Counted from the first letter of the stretch, positions 50,344 through 60,436 are shown. The stretch is 64,000 nucleotides of DNA from Patescibacteria group bacterium (GCA_023485845.1 JAMCZE010000010.1:20160-84159); one strand, 5' to 3'. The notes: a model not told the origin generated them from the letters alone. A program made the numbers and translations.

Positions 50344-51234
50344 TTACTTACTGTGATATTTCTCGAATATCTCCCGGAGATGGGCGTTGGTTACATGAGT
50401 ATATATTTGCGTCGTGGCCACGTTCTTATGACCGAGAATCTCCTGAACTGACCGAAGATCAGCCCCGTTCATAAGTAAATCCGTAGCCGTCGAATGCCGG
50501 ATCGTATGTGGTGTGGCGGCAACCGGCAGGCGGGCTTTCTTAACATATTTTGTCACCATCCGTTCAACACTGCGGGCGGAAAGACGCCTATTTTCATCCA
50601 TCTTGCCACTATAGCGAATAAAAAGCGGTCGAGCCTGATCAAGGCGCGTTGTAAGGTACCTAGAAAGGGCGTCTTTTGCCCGGGTGGAGATAAACACCAC
50701 CCGGCCGCGGCCGCCTTTGCCGATGATGCCAAATTCCCGGGTCTCCAGATTAATTTTGTCCCGGTCCAGTTTCACCAGTTCCGCCACCCGCAGTCCTGTC
50801 GAAAACAATAATTCCAAAATAGCTCGATCACGCAAGCCTTCGTCTTTTGAAGTGTCCGGGGCGGCAATTAAACGTTCCAGCTGCTCATGGGCCAGGAATT
50901 TAATTTGCCGGTCCCGATTTTTGCCCAGTTCAATTTGGTCCGGCGCCAGGGTTTTAATGCCTTTCTTATTCAAAAACCGCAGCATCGCCCTGATGGCAAT
51001 TAGAAAATAGCCTTGGGTAGACTTAGCCAGCGGCCCCTTAACCGGGTTCACATAGCGGCTTAAATATAAGCGATACTCCCGGATCGTGTCCTCGGTGATG
51101 GCCCGGTCACCCAACCAGCCGGCAAAAGTGGCGAGATAATAGCCGTACATTTTGACCGTGAGCGGACTTAAATTGCGGTCTAGTTCGCAATATTCCAGAA
51201 AATCGGTGATTTGCTTATTAAGTGATTGCCCCAT
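50344..51234 (-). CDS. xerC: tyrosine site-specific recombinase, XerC/XerD-like
   Basis: C-terminal HTIRHSTATDLLMNGADLRSVQEILGHKNVATTQIYTHV (R..H.R..Y catalytic residues). Confidence 0.8.
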   Translation of the reverse strand: MGQSLNKQITDFLEYCELDRNLSPLTVKMYGYYLATFAGWLGDRAITEDTIREYRLYLSRYVNPVKGPLAKSTQGYFLIAIRAMLRFLNKKGIKTLAPDQIELGKNRDRQIKFLAHEQLERLIAAPDTSKDEGLRDRAILELLFSTGLRVAELVKLDRDKINLETREFGIIGKGGRGRVVFISTRAKDALSRYLTTRLDQARPLFIRYSGKMDENRRLSARSVERMVTKYVKKARLPVAATPHTIRHSTATDLLMNGADLRSVQEILGHKNVATTQIYTHVTNAHLREIFEKYHSK

Positions 51235-51239
51235 CTTTA

Positions 51240-51850
51240 ACCTATAGTAGGCAATAAGTCGTATCTAACTGACTGGGTGACAGTTAAGATAACATTCTCT
51301 CCCCGCAGTCAAATCATAAAACAATTAACGTCCATTTATGACGAAAGCCCTAAAAACGCCTCCTTCTCCCTAATAGGCTGCCTAGCGTCGTTAAAGATAC
51401 AATTTACGACATAATCAATTCTATCCTCCCGACTGCCAGGGTGTCAATAAGCAACCATATTTGGGGGACCTCGAGCTTGAGAGAGAATGGTAACGATAAT
51501 GGTCTCAAGCCCTCGGTGTTCTTCGGGGATAAATAACAATTAATTAACTAATTAATCAACGAGCATTAGTAAAACAATGCATTAATATTTTGAGAGAGGG
51601 TTCCAAGCCCTACTCTATTTTGGAGCGTAACATCAATCCAAATAATAAATTTCGAGCGCGGAATATTTATTATCTAATTAATACATAACTCCCATTTTGG
51701 AGCGTAGCAAGGCCCTATGACTTTAGAAGTGAAGCTGGGTTTTCGGGTTTTTTATGACTCCACCGGCTGGTGGGATGATATAGTTTGATATTCGTGAAAA
51801 ACTATCCCCAAACTATGAGCTTAAACTATGGGCTTGCAGTTTTCTCCCAC
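51240..51850. other. 600-bp AT-rich non-coding region with internal direct repeats and hairpins (candidate ncRNA, dif-like site, or element remnant)
   Basis: attttggagcgta(a/g)ca occurs twice about 76 bp apart; gg(t)ytc(c)aagccct hairpins occur twice; aaactatg(a/g)gctt occurs twice; no ORF. Confidence 0.3.
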
Positions 51851-51854
51851 TTCC

Positions 51855-52667
51855 CTACACCCCCCATTGGGTCGTTATTAAAGTTAGAAGAAATAAAATT
51901 ATGGCGACAATAATAAATTCGTTGGCGATTCGCTGGTTCAATTTCTCACCAATTTCAAACTGGATGATGCCCACCAGCTCGTAGAAGATGCCGGTGAGAA
52001 AAAGCGCAAAGATAGAGACGGTGACCGGCCAAAAAGACAAAATCCAGGCGATTTCTCCCAAAATCACGGCGGCGGCCAGCGAGTAGTTTCGCACTTGCCC
52101 ACTGATCCTCTCCTCTAGGTTGACACTCCAAATTGCCTGAAAGGACAACGGCAAAGAGATAATAAAAACTAAAAGAAAATTGTAAAAACTTGGCAGGTGC
52201 AAAGAGGAAACGACAATAAACAGCAGCAGCCCGGCGGCCACCGTGACAAGGAAACCAATGGAATGAGCCACCCGCAGCAGTTGGATGGTGCGAATTGCCG
52301 CGATGTTATAGATGTTGGCTGTCAGCAGCGCCGCGTAATACCCCACCACAAATACCCCCAAAAAAGCCAGCCGCAGGGCCATGGCCAACAACTGGCCGGA
52401 ATCGCCGCTGCCGATAATTGTCGGCAAGAGCGGCAACACCAAAAGTGACCCCAGGGAAAACATCGCCGGCAAAATCGGCAGGGTCAACCATTCAATCCCG
52501 TTAAAGTCCTGATCGTGCAGGGCAAGGATGCTGGCCACCAGTGAAGCTGCGGCAAAGATCACCACCCGGAAGCGCCACTGAAGAAAACTGCCCAACCCCG
52601 CCCGGGAAACAATAATTCCCGCAAGAAGAACCAAGGTGGCGATGACAAACTTCTGACGCTTGGACAT
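51855..52667 (-). CDS. polytopic membrane protein, hypothetical
   Basis: 270 aa with about 8 TM helices. Confidence 0.5.
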   Translation of the reverse strand: MSKRQKFVIATLVLLAGIIVSRAGLGSFLQWRFRVVIFAAASLVASILALHDQDFNGIEWLTLPILPAMFSLGSLLVLPLLPTIIGSGDSGQLLAMALRLAFLGVFVVGYYAALLTANIYNIAAIRTIQLLRVAHSIGFLVTVAAGLLLFIVVSSLHLPSFYNFLLVFIISLPLSFQAIWSVNLEERISGQVRNYSLAAAVILGEIAWILSFWPVTVSIFALFLTGIFYELVGIIQFEIGEKLNQRIANEFIIVAIILFLLTLITTQWGV

Positions 52668-52735
52668 CTAATTTAAAATTAAAAATTTAAACTTGGACTT
52701 TTAACTTTTAAATTTTGACTTTTGAATTAGTCTTG
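52668..52735. repeat. AT-rich heptamer array; bases 52690-52735 nearly match 205-250; it also supplies the last codons of ruvC
   Basis: acttggacttttaacttttaaattttga(t/c)ttt is shared with the pheS-pheT spacer. Confidence 0.75.
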
Positions 52736-53211
52736 ATATAGTGTGTGATGGCGATGGCTAGGCCGTCAGCGGCATCATCGGGTTTGATGATTTTTTTCAT
52801 CCCAAGATATTTTCGCACACTTTCCTGAATTTCTTTTTTCTTGGCCCGGCCAAAACCGGTGAGAGCAAATTTCACCGACAGGCCCTGGTATTCAAAGACG
52901 GGCACATGGTAGCGGGCCGACTCTGCCAACACCACTCCCCTCGCCTGGCCAACGGCAATGGCCGTCTTGGCGTTGATGCCAAAAAAAAGCCGCTCAATAG
53001 CTAAAACATCGGGCTTACGTTTGGCTAAAATCTTGCCGATTTCCGTTTGCAGGTATAAAAGCCGCTCGGGCATCGCTGTTTCTAAAACCGTTTCCAGACA
53101 CCCGGCGTCAACAAATTTGACATTATTCTTGACTTTTGACTTTTGACTTTTGACTTCGATTAAGCCGTAGCCTAATCGAGCCGTTCCCGGATCAATGCCT
53201 AAAATTAACAT
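52708..53211 (-). CDS. ruvC: Holliday junction resolvase RuvC
   Basis: MLILGIDPGTARLGYG N-terminus; carries a heptamer insertion encoding KSQKSKVKNNVK. Confidence 0.85.
   Translation of the reverse strand: MLILGIDPGTARLGYGLIEVKSQKSKVKNNVKFVDAGCLETVLETAMPERLLYLQTEIGKILAKRKPDVLAIERLFFGINAKTAIAVGQARGVVLAESARYHVPVFEYQGLSVKFALTGFGRAKKKEIQESVRKYLGMKKIIKPDDAADGLAIAITHYIKTNSKVKI
53128..53158. repeat. GACTTTT (inverse complement of AAAAGTC) heptamer x4, in-frame in ruvC
   Basis: Read directly. Confidence 0.8.
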
Positions 53212-53213
53212 AC

Positions 53214-53459
53214 TTAATCAGCTACTTTACCTCCACATTTTTCGCATGTCACCCGACCGGTAACCTTGACCCAATGGCCATTGGCAAAAATCCTAACCGG
53301 CACCATTATTTTTTCTCCGCATGTATCACATGGTCGCAATTCACATTCTGCTTTTGGTTTTTCCTGGGCCCAGCTTCTCTCTGTCTGTCGCGGTCCTTCA
53401 CCGAGAGATCTAACATAAAAACCATATCCTCTTGTCTCTTTTTTCCTAGCGCTTTCCAT
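53214..53459 (-). CDS. zinc-ribbon small protein
   Basis: CDTCGEK...CEKCGGK; lies between yebC and ruvC. Confidence 0.4.
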   Translation of the reverse strand: MESARKKETRGYGFYVRSLGEGPRQTERSWAQEKPKAECELRPCDTCGEKIMVPVRIFANGHWVKVTGRVTCEKCGGKVAD

Positions 53460-53460
53460 A

Positions 53461-54111
53461 TCAGTTTATATTCTCGTAAACATTTTGGACATCGTCGAGA
53501 TCGTCAATGGCACTGAGAAATTCGTGGACTTTTCCTTCCTGGGCGGGACCAGTCAAGGTGACCATCGTCTCTTTATTAGGCCGGAACACCAGATTCCCGG
53601 TCAGGTTTAAAGTTTGGCTGATTTTATGCAAATCCTCTGGATTTGTATAAATAATCCCGTCTTCAAAATCTAAAGCGCCCACCTCCACTGCCTTCTCCAA
53701 GGTCCCCCCCTCAATCTCCCCCACTCGACTAAACATATAGGCCACACAGCCCGGCGTCCCCAAACTGCCGCCATGTTTTTCAAATAAACTGCGAAGTTCG
53801 CTAGCCGTTCGATTTTTATTATCGGTGATAACTTCCACCATCACCGCCACCCCAAATGGGCCAAAGCCTTCATAAACGGCGTGCTCCAAAGCCGGTCCGC
53901 CACCGGTCCCTTTGCCCCGGTCAATGGCACGCTGAATGTTGTCCTTGGGCATGTCCGCTGCTTTGGCCCGGGCAACAGCATTTTCCACTCCTGCTCCCTG
54001 GCGAACAGCAATGGTGATCGCATTACCTAATTTTGTAAAAACGGCGCCCCGTTTGGCGTCGGCAGTGCCTTTTTGCCGTTTAATCGTTGACCATTTCGAG
54101 TGTCCGCTCAT
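53461..54111 (-). CDS. yebC: YebC/PmpR family transcriptional regulator
   Basis: MSGHSKWSTIKRQKGTADAKRG N-terminus. Confidence 0.85.
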   Translation of the reverse strand: MSGHSKWSTIKRQKGTADAKRGAVFTKLGNAITIAVRQGAGVENAVARAKAADMPKDNIQRAIDRGKGTGGGPALEHAVYEGFGPFGVAVMVEVITDNKNRTASELRSLFEKHGGSLGTPGCVAYMFSRVGEIEGGTLEKAVEVGALDFEDGIIYTNPEDLHKISQTLNLTGNLVFRPNKETMVTLTGPAQEGKVHEFLSAIDDLDDVQNVYENIN

Positions 54112-54150
54112 CTTGTTTTTTTATTTTACTCCTGCTAGACTCTAACCTCA

Positions 54151-54909
54151 ATGCCGGATACCAACGACATCAATCTTGCCATCTCTGCTGCTCTCTCCTG
54201 CGATTGGCATAAAGCTTGCCTCCTCAACAAAAAACTCCTCACACAAAACCCCAGAGACGTTGATTGCCTCAACCGCCTTGGTAAGGCTTATCTGGAATTA
54301 GGCGACAAAAAACAGGCGATTGCCATTTTTCAAAAAGTTCTTCGGCTAAGCCGATATGATCCGATTGCCCAGAAAAACCTGGCCCGGGCAATGATAAGCA
54401 AGGCCGGAAATAAAACTGCCCCATCGCCAATTATTTCCAAACCGCAGCGGAATAATTTTTTGGAGGAACCGGGGAAAACAAAATTGGTCAACCTAGTCAA
54501 TGTTGCTCCGACGACTTCTCTTTTGAAGCTCGACTATGGTGACAAAATCAAACTTGCCCCCCGACGCCACACGGTGGCGGTGTGCGATGAGAACAATAAC
54601 TACGTCGGCGCCCTCCCCGACGATTTGGGTCACCGGCTCTCCCTTTTGATTAAGGGTGGCAACACCTATGACGGTCTGATTAAATCGGCCTCAAAAAACA
54701 CCGTGGTCGTTTTCCTGCGCGAACTTACCCGGGCAAAACGCTTTGCCAACACGCCGTCATTCTCCGCTTCCGGCACTGACTATTTCACCTTTGTCCGGGA
54801 AGAAACCACTCCCGAACATGAACCGGCTAAACCGGAAGCCGATGAAGAGTCCGATGACGAATCACCGGCTAGCCATTTGCACGACGATGAGGAGACGGAA
54901 GGTGAATAA
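54151..54909 (+). CDS. TPR-repeat protein with an acidic C-terminal tail
   Basis: TPR-like helices (LGKAYLELGDKKQAIAIFQKVLRL); C-terminal EESDDESPASHLHDDEETEGE. Confidence 0.55.
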   Translation: MPDTNDINLAISAALSCDWHKACLLNKKLLTQNPRDVDCLNRLGKAYLELGDKKQAIAIFQKVLRLSRYDPIAQKNLARAMISKAGNKTAPSPIISKPQRNNFLEEPGKTKLVNLVNVAPTTSLLKLDYGDKIKLAPRRHTVAVCDENNNYVGALPDDLGHRLSLLIKGGNTYDGLIKSASKNTVVVFLRELTRAKRFANTPSFSASGTDYFTFVREETTPEHEPAKPEADEESDDESPASHLHDDEETEGE

Positions 54910-55022
54910 CCCCCGAAAGCGTCCGGCGAACTTTTTTCTCAAATCGGGGCACAAAATTTTCCGGGGCCTTTAGGTCCCGCAGTGACCAGGCCGCCCAGAG
55001 GGCAGAAAGAATCAGGATAAAA

Positions 55023-55877
55023 CTAAAAATTGCTAGCATAATCTTCCCCTAAGGTTAGCACCACGTCCGCCCGACCCGCGCCCTTAGACATAATTTGGCA
55101 ATGAAAAATCGCCGCGATACGATTAACTGTGACTGTGTTTTTTTGTTTGGGGTCCACCAGAAGCTGGCAACCGGGCAGGGCAATGTCGGAATTGTCCACG
55201 CTCACCACTGACACCCCAATGTTAGAAAGCAACCGGGCAGCGCGGTTTCCCAGGCCGGTGACATTAGTGGAGTTAATTACTGCTACCCGCAGGTTTTCTG
55301 TTCGAATCCGATCCTCAACAAACAGTCCGGAGAGGGCGTTATCCAGAGCGTCCTGGTCAATTGAGGTTGCCTGTGATCCGTCAACCAAAACCAGCGGGCT
55401 AGCAAGGCTGGCCAGATTAACAACGTTGACTTTGTCTGCCCGGGTGGTGAACATTGCCAGCAGCACCCTGGCCCGGTCCATGAGGTTTAGATCCGAGGGA
55501 CTGGCTCTAAGGGCATCATTGCCCAAAACATAACCATCCACCGGCACCCCGAGATAGTCAGACACGGTGGCCGCCACCGTTTCCCCTCCCCGACGGTCCA
55601 ATTGGCCGACCGCGTAAATTTTCCCCACCTCAAACGGTCCATAACCATGAGCCAATTGGGGAATATAGAGATCATTCGGAAAGGAGATAATATCAATGTT
55701 TTTTGCCGCCACGTTCACAGAAACCAGTTTGACCGGCGACCCGACAAACACCACGTTAAACCGGTCAAAACGGTCAAATCGGCTGCCTTGATATAAAACC
55801 AACAAGCCAGCTGCCGCCAAGAATATCGGAATCAGCGCCAGAAGCGACAAAAGATTGCTACCACGACGTTTTCTCAT
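55023..55877 (-). CDS. LytR-CpsA-Psr (LCP) family protein with a LytR_C-like C-terminal domain
   Basis: TM anchor, then an LCP-like core (IISFPNDLYIP...), 284 aa. Confidence 0.6.
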   Translation of the reverse strand: MRKRRGSNLLSLLALIPIFLAAAGLLVLYQGSRFDRFDRFNVVFVGSPVKLVSVNVAAKNIDIISFPNDLYIPQLAHGYGPFEVGKIYAVGQLDRRGGETVAATVSDYLGVPVDGYVLGNDALRASPSDLNLMDRARVLLAMFTTRADKVNVVNLASLASPLVLVDGSQATSIDQDALDNALSGLFVEDRIRTENLRVAVINSTNVTGLGNRAARLLSNIGVSVVSVDNSDIALPGCQLLVDPKQKNTVTVNRIAAIFHCQIMSKGAGRADVVLTLGEDYASNF

Positions 55878-56013
55878 CCTTCTTCCCTTTCTTAATAACC
55901 TGGGGGGCAGGCGCGGACCAGGAGGAAGAAGGAACCCGAGCTGCCTTACGCGCCAACTCCTCTTTGGACAATTTTTTCTTGTTTTTATTATAAAAATCTC
56001 CGTAACCCGCCAT
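55858..56013 (-). CDS. small Lys-rich ORF (51 aa) filling the tgt-LCP spacer
   Basis: MAGYGDFYNKNKKKLSKEELARKAARVPSSSWSAPAPQVIKKGKKDEKTSW; ORF evidence only. Confidence 0.2.
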   Translation of the reverse strand: MAGYGDFYNKNKKKLSKEELARKAARVPSSSWSAPAPQVIKKGKKDEKTSW

Positions 56014-56016
56014 ATC

Positions 56017-57153
56017 TTATTTTACCCATTTTTGTTTTAATTTTGCAAATCGTTTTTCCATAATCGATTGGCGGATGTCGGCCATCAGGTTCATCATAAA
56101 CTTAACGTTGTGGATGGTGGCCAGACGATAAGCCAGCAGTTCCCGCGCCCGGAACAAATGATGAAGATAGGCAAACTTCGGATCATCTTTATAAACCGCC
56201 TTAGTCACGTCAATGTTTGGCAGCAACAGTCCCGCTCGGGCCAGTCGGGTGGGCGTGACGCAATCAAAGATGTCCACCCCCCGCTCCACCGCTTCAAAAA
56301 TATCATCAATGGCGCCAATGCCTAATAGATGCCGCGGTTTAGCCGGATCCAGGTGCGGGCCGATCCAGTCCAAAATCTCACGCATTATTTTTTTATTCAC
56401 CAGCGCCCCGCCAATCCCCACCCCAAAAAAATCACCCTCGCTGACAAATTTTGCTGAGGCCACTCTTAAATCTTTAAACGGACCACCCTGAATGACCCCG
56501 AACATATTCTTATCCCGAGCGGCCAAGAGGGATCGCATCTCCCATCGGTGGGAGCGCTCCATAGAAACTTTTGTGTAGTCATAATCATGAAGCGGTGAGG
56601 TGCACTCGTCCAAAGCCACGATAAAATCCGCGCCCAGCTTAATTTGCGTGGCCACGCTTTTTTCGGGGGGGAAAAAATGGACCGATCCGTCCAGGTGTGA
56701 CTGAAATGTCGGCCCTTCTTCCTCCACCTTGCACAGCTTGGTCCGAACCGCAAGGGTTGAACCCTGGTCGCCACCGGGGTTCAACCCTCCGGAAATTTCG
56801 CCGGAAAATAACTTCGTCATCTTCCCCACTTCATGTTCAATGCCAAAACCCAGGGAAAAAACCTGAAAACCGCCGGAGTCAGTGAGAATCGGGCCGTCCC
56901 AGCCCATGAATTTGTGCAGTCCACCCAACTTGGCAATCGTGTCCGCTCCGGGACGAAGATAGAGGTGGTAGGTGTTAGAAAGGATCATTCCCACCCCGGC
57001 TTCATGGAGATCCCGGGTGTCCAGCGCCTTAACGCTCGCTTGGGTGGCCACCGGCAAAAACGCCGGCGTCTCCACCGCTCCATGTGGGCTCATCAGTTTC
57101 CCTACCCGCGCCTTTTTATCCTGGGCAACAACTTCAAACTTAAAACTCTTCAT
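56017..57153 (-). CDS. tgt: queuine tRNA-ribosyltransferase
   Basis: FKFEVVAQDKKARVGKL...AVETPAFLPVAT N-terminus, zinc site CxCxxC...H; start chosen at MKSFKFEV. Confidence 0.85.
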   Translation of the reverse strand: MKSFKFEVVAQDKKARVGKLMSPHGAVETPAFLPVATQASVKALDTRDLHEAGVGMILSNTYHLYLRPGADTIAKLGGLHKFMGWDGPILTDSGGFQVFSLGFGIEHEVGKMTKLFSGEISGGLNPGGDQGSTLAVRTKLCKVEEEGPTFQSHLDGSVHFFPPEKSVATQIKLGADFIVALDECTSPLHDYDYTKVSMERSHRWEMRSLLAARDKNMFGVIQGGPFKDLRVASAKFVSEGDFFGVGIGGALVNKKIMREILDWIGPHLDPAKPRHLLGIGAIDDIFEAVERGVDIFDCVTPTRLARAGLLLPNIDVTKAVYKDDPKFAYLHHLFRARELLAYRLATIHNVKFMMNLMADIRQSIMEKRFAKLKQKWVK

Positions 57154-57373
57154 CATTACCAACCCACTTTGCTCCTTGAATGATAACCTGGACACCACAA
57201 TGTGAGCTCATAACTGACACTCGTTCGTGAGCACCAATGTATGTGCTCACTCGTCTCACACCATCTTTGATAACGTCACCATCTTCAACTCGCACGCTGC
57301 CACCGTCACTCCCCTTGATCGTTGCCAACCTGATTGTTTGATAGACGACTCCGCTTTGATCTCTTACTTCCAA
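57140..57373 (-). CDS. hypothetical small protein
   Basis: ORF evidence only. Confidence 0.2.
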   Translation of the reverse strand: MEVRDQSGVVYQTIRLATIKGSDGGSVRVEDGDVIKDGVRRVSTYIGAHERVSVMSSHCGVQVIIQGAKWVGNDEEF

Positions 57374-57525
57374 CGTATCTTCCTCGCTAGTTGCCTCTCC
57401 AATGATTCTTTGCTTGTCGGTAATAGTTATATTTAATCTATTATGAACTTCCCCTTTTTTATCTGGATCAATAATCTCTCACCTAAAGCTTAATGGCATA
57501 ATCTCACCTCCTCAGGGCAGAAAAA

Positions 57526-57714
57526 TTAAACTTCTTTCTCTTTATTACTGGCTGTAGCCCCGTTATTTTCTACTTTCCCACCACGGGCTTTCAAGATCTC
57601 CACGCAAATTCTATAACCCTCAATTCCCCTACGTATATGATCCCCGAGAACATAACCTAGCACCGAGATTAAACCTATCCCGGAGACAACGATTGCAATG
57701 TTACGTCCATCCAC
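57526..57714 (-). CDS. small membrane protein, hypothetical
   Basis: One TM helix; ORF evidence only. Confidence 0.25.
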   Translation of the reverse strand: MDGRNIAIVVSGIGLISVLGYVLGDHIRRGIEGYRICVEILKARGGKVENNGATASNKEKEV

Positions 57715-57731
57715 TAAAAATCACCTCCCAT

Positions 57732-58049
57732 TCATTTTATCGGTAACCCCGAAAGTTTTACTAATTCTTCTTCACTATCATCTGCTGCAACACGATTATA
57801 TCTCTCAAAACCGCATTTGCAACACTTATGGGTTAAAACATATTCCCCAGTGCGCCGGGTGGCCACGGCGATGGGTTCCATTAGACCCTGGCAGGGATTA
57901 GACCGGTCGCCTGGAACGGGGCCGTCAACGTGTTTGCTCCACAAACAAAACGGGCAGTGGTTGCGGTAGCTGCCACCATACATAATCGGCGCCACCTGCT
58001 TGTGACAATGTTCACAAATAAATGGATCGTTATGGGCGATGAACTTCAC
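57732..58049 (-). CDS. RNHCP-domain zinc-binding protein
   Basis: YRNHCPFC plus additional CxxC pairs. Confidence 0.6.
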   Translation of the reverse strand: MKFIAHNDPFICEHCHKQVAPIMYGGSYRNHCPFCLWSKHVDGPVPGDRSNPCQGLMEPIAVATRRTGEYVLTHKCCKCGFERYNRVAADDSEEELVKLSGLPIK

Positions 58050-59691
58050 GTTTCAGTTCTCCTAACTTTCTTTCCCGATCTTTGGCCAATTCCGAAAGAT
58101 TATCCTGGTAATCATAAATTAATCGGCTGATACTGACCCCCTCCAAGGCCAGCGGTAAAGACACATGATGGGCGCCCCGCTGGTAAAGCGTCACCGCTTC
58201 GGCGGCATCGGCGGCAGTGATAATCACCACTGCTTTTGACTGAGCCTTCTCCACTCCGTCCAAAAGGGCCAGATTATCTTCTAAGTCCCGGACAGTGGAC
58301 ACGATTAATTTTGCTTCCTTTAAATTTAACCGCTCCTGAATCTCCACATCGGCAATGTCCCCATAGACACAGGCCACATAGTGATTTTTTAACTCTTCAA
58401 TCACGTCCGGGTTGAAATCCAGCACCAAAAGATTTTCGCCGAAGGTCTTGCGCAGCCGGGCCAAAACAATCTGGCCGCTGCGGTGGCAGCCAATCAGGAT
58501 CGCGTGGTCAGAAAAAGTTTTTTCCGCCGGGACAAAGTCCAGGCTCAATAGGTTTTTGCGTTCCGCCCGTTTAAGGACTGACCGCAGCCGACCGTAGAGG
58601 ACGTGGCTGTGAGTGATTAAAAGCGAGGAGAAAACAAAAGACAAAATGGTCGCCAAAACCACCGGCGCCACCAAGGCCGCGGGGATAATGCCCGAGCGCT
58701 GAGCCAAATAAACAGTGATCAGAGAAAATTCGGAGATGGAAGACATCAGCACCGCCGCCCGAAAAGCGGTGTGGGCTCGAAAACGCTGAACAATAAAGAT
58801 AAAATAAAAAATCGTTGGTTTAAGAACCACTGCATAAATAATCAGGGCCAGCACCAACCAGGCGGCGCCGGCCAGGGCGGACAGGGACAAACCCGCTCCC
58901 AAGTCAATAAAGAAAATCATCACGAAGAAATCCCGCAGGGGCTTGATCCGGCTGGAAACCTGGGTGCGATAAACCGACTGGGCCAGGCAGACCCCGGCCA
59001 AAAAAGCCCCAATGGCCAGCGAGATCCCCAGAAAAAGTGCTAAGGAGACAAAAAGCAAACACCAGCCGATGGCGGTTAGGAAAAGCAGTTCCGAATTGTC
59101 GGCGGCAACGCGAAAAAGTCGCGGTAACAGCCGCCGACCAGCAAAAAGGGCCAGCCAGATTAAAAGAGCCGCTTTAAGAAAAACTACCAAAACCGACCCG
59201 ACGCCAATGCCGCTTAGTCCCAGTAACATGAGTAAGATAACGGCCAGCATGTCTTCGGTTAAAAGCACGCCCACGGCCAGCTTGCCTTGCAATGAGACCA
59301 GGTCCCGCCCTTCCAAAAGCAATTTCACTACCAAAATGGTGCTGGAGAAAGAAACAGCAATGCCCACCACCGGGTTGCCAAATACCAAGGTCATCAAAAT
59401 TGCCCCGACGGCCACTTGCCCTAGTGCCGCCAAGAGAATGCTGCGGCCAAGATTTTTAAATTCATTCAGGTCCAACTCCATTCCCACCAAAAACAGCAAA
59501 AAGGCTAAACCAATGTCCGGCAGCAGCTGGACGGATTGAAGAAAAGTGGTGTTAACCACCCCGAAGAGGGACAAAATTGCTCCCGCCACCAGATAGGAAA
59601 CCACCAGTGGCTGTTTGGCCCGCCGGACCAAAATGGCCAACCCCGCCGCCAAACAAACCACCAACGCCAAAAAATATATCCCGGTCATCAA
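58030..59691 (-). CDS. monovalent cation:proton antiporter (CPA2/Kef-type) with a C-terminal TrkA-N (KTN) domain
   Basis: About 12 TM helices followed by a Rossmann-like ILIGCHRSGQIV domain. Confidence 0.75.
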   Translation of the reverse strand: MMTGIYFLALVVCLAAGLAILVRRAKQPLVVSYLVAGAILSLFGVVNTTFLQSVQLLPDIGLAFLLFLVGMELDLNEFKNLGRSILLAALGQVAVGAILMTLVFGNPVVGIAVSFSSTILVVKLLLEGRDLVSLQGKLAVGVLLTEDMLAVILLMLLGLSGIGVGSVLVVFLKAALLIWLALFAGRRLLPRLFRVAADNSELLFLTAIGWCLLFVSLALFLGISLAIGAFLAGVCLAQSVYRTQVSSRIKPLRDFFVMIFFIDLGAGLSLSALAGAAWLVLALIIYAVVLKPTIFYFIFIVQRFRAHTAFRAAVLMSSISEFSLITVYLAQRSGIIPAALVAPVVLATILSFVFSSLLITHSHVLYGRLRSVLKRAERKNLLSLDFVPAEKTFSDHAILIGCHRSGQIVLARLRKTFGENLLVLDFNPDVIEELKNHYVACVYGDIADVEIQERLNLKEAKLIVSTVRDLEDNLALLDGVEKAQSKAVVIITAADAAEAVTLYQRGAHHVSLPLALEGVSISRLIYDYQDNLSELAKDRERKLGELKREVHRP

Positions 59692-59694
59692 TGA

Positions 59695-60357
59695 TTATTG
59701 TAGCCCATCCAGAACTTTTCGCAAATCGACCGGAAGAGGGCTGTCGAATTTTAGGATTTCGCCGGTTTGGGGGTGAGCAATTTCCAGATGGGTGGCATGG
59801 AGAAAGAGGCGCGGGCAAAACCTTTTGTCCGCCTGAAGGTTTTTCCGGCCGCCGTAGATGGGGTCAGCCACAATGGGATAACCGAGATATTTCAGGTGGA
59901 CTCTAATTTGATGCGTCCGACCCGTGTGGGGGATTAATTCCAACAATGAAAAATTTGAAATTTGAAATTTGAAATTTGAAATTGTTTTGTAATCCGTCGT
60001 GGCTTCACGGCCACCGGGAAACACCCCAAAATGCATTCGGTTAAACGGGCTTCGGGCAATCGGGGCATTGATGCTTCCCTGCTGTGGGCTGACTTTTCCA
60101 TGAACCAGCGCCAGATATTTCTTGACAGTCGTCCGGCTTTTAAACTGGGCCTGGAGATTTTCCAGCGCCACCGGAGTCTTAGCGATAATTAATAGGCCCG
60201 AGGTGTCTTTATCCAGCCGGTGAACAATAAACTTGCCGGCGGCCCAATCTTCCATGGTTTCCGTCCCCGCCGCCGTCTCCGACTTGTTGACCACCAACCC
60301 CGAGGGCTTATCAACAACCAACAAATAGTCATCCTCAAAAATTACCTTGATATCCAT
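59695..60357 (-). CDS. RluA-family pseudouridine synthase
   Basis: HRLDKDTSGLLIIAKT catalytic Asp motif; carries an ATTTGAA repeat insertion. Confidence 0.8.
   Translation of the reverse strand: MDIKVIFEDDYLLVVDKPSGLVVNKSETAAGTETMEDWAAGKFIVHRLDKDTSGLLIIAKTPVALENLQAQFKSRTTVKKYLALVHGKVSPQQGSINAPIARSPFNRMHFGVFPGGREATTDYKTISNFKFQISNFSLLELIPHTGRTHQIRVHLKYLGYPIVADPIYGGRKNLQADKRFCPRLFLHATHLEIAHPQTGEILKFDSPLPVDLRKVLDGLQ
59950..59984. repeat. ATTTGAA heptamer x5, in-frame in the rluA-like gene
   Basis: Read directly. Confidence 0.8.
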
Positions 60358-60436
60358 AATTAATTTGAAATTTACAATTTAAAATTTGAATTGATTGAAA
60401 CATTTAGTTCAAATTTCGAATTTCAAATTGAAAATT
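60358..60436. repeat. palindromic heptamer element (ATTTGAA arm + TTCAAAT arm), a cargo-less counterpart of the element at 23507-23992
   Basis: aatttgaaatttacaatttaaaatttgaa...ttagttcaaatttcgaatttcaaattgaaaatt. Confidence 0.65.

Noticed and set aside
50344-51234. Tyrosine recombinase as a prophage/ICE integrase marking a mobile element
   Set aside because: No adjacent phage/ICE genes and no tRNA att site; the domain organisation fits a chromosomal XerC/D-type resolvase. The upstream repeat region is flagged separately.
51598-51640. GAGGGTTCCAAGCCCT resembling a tRNA T-arm; also GGGGGACCTCGAG as a possible tmRNA 5' end
   Set aside because: The T-loop is non-canonical (pyrimidine at position 57); there is no acceptor stem or CCA context, and no tag-peptide reading frame.
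51600-51720. Possible mini CRISPR array (repeat attttggagcgta)
   Set aside because: Only two imperfect copies, no regular spacing, and no cas genes nearby.
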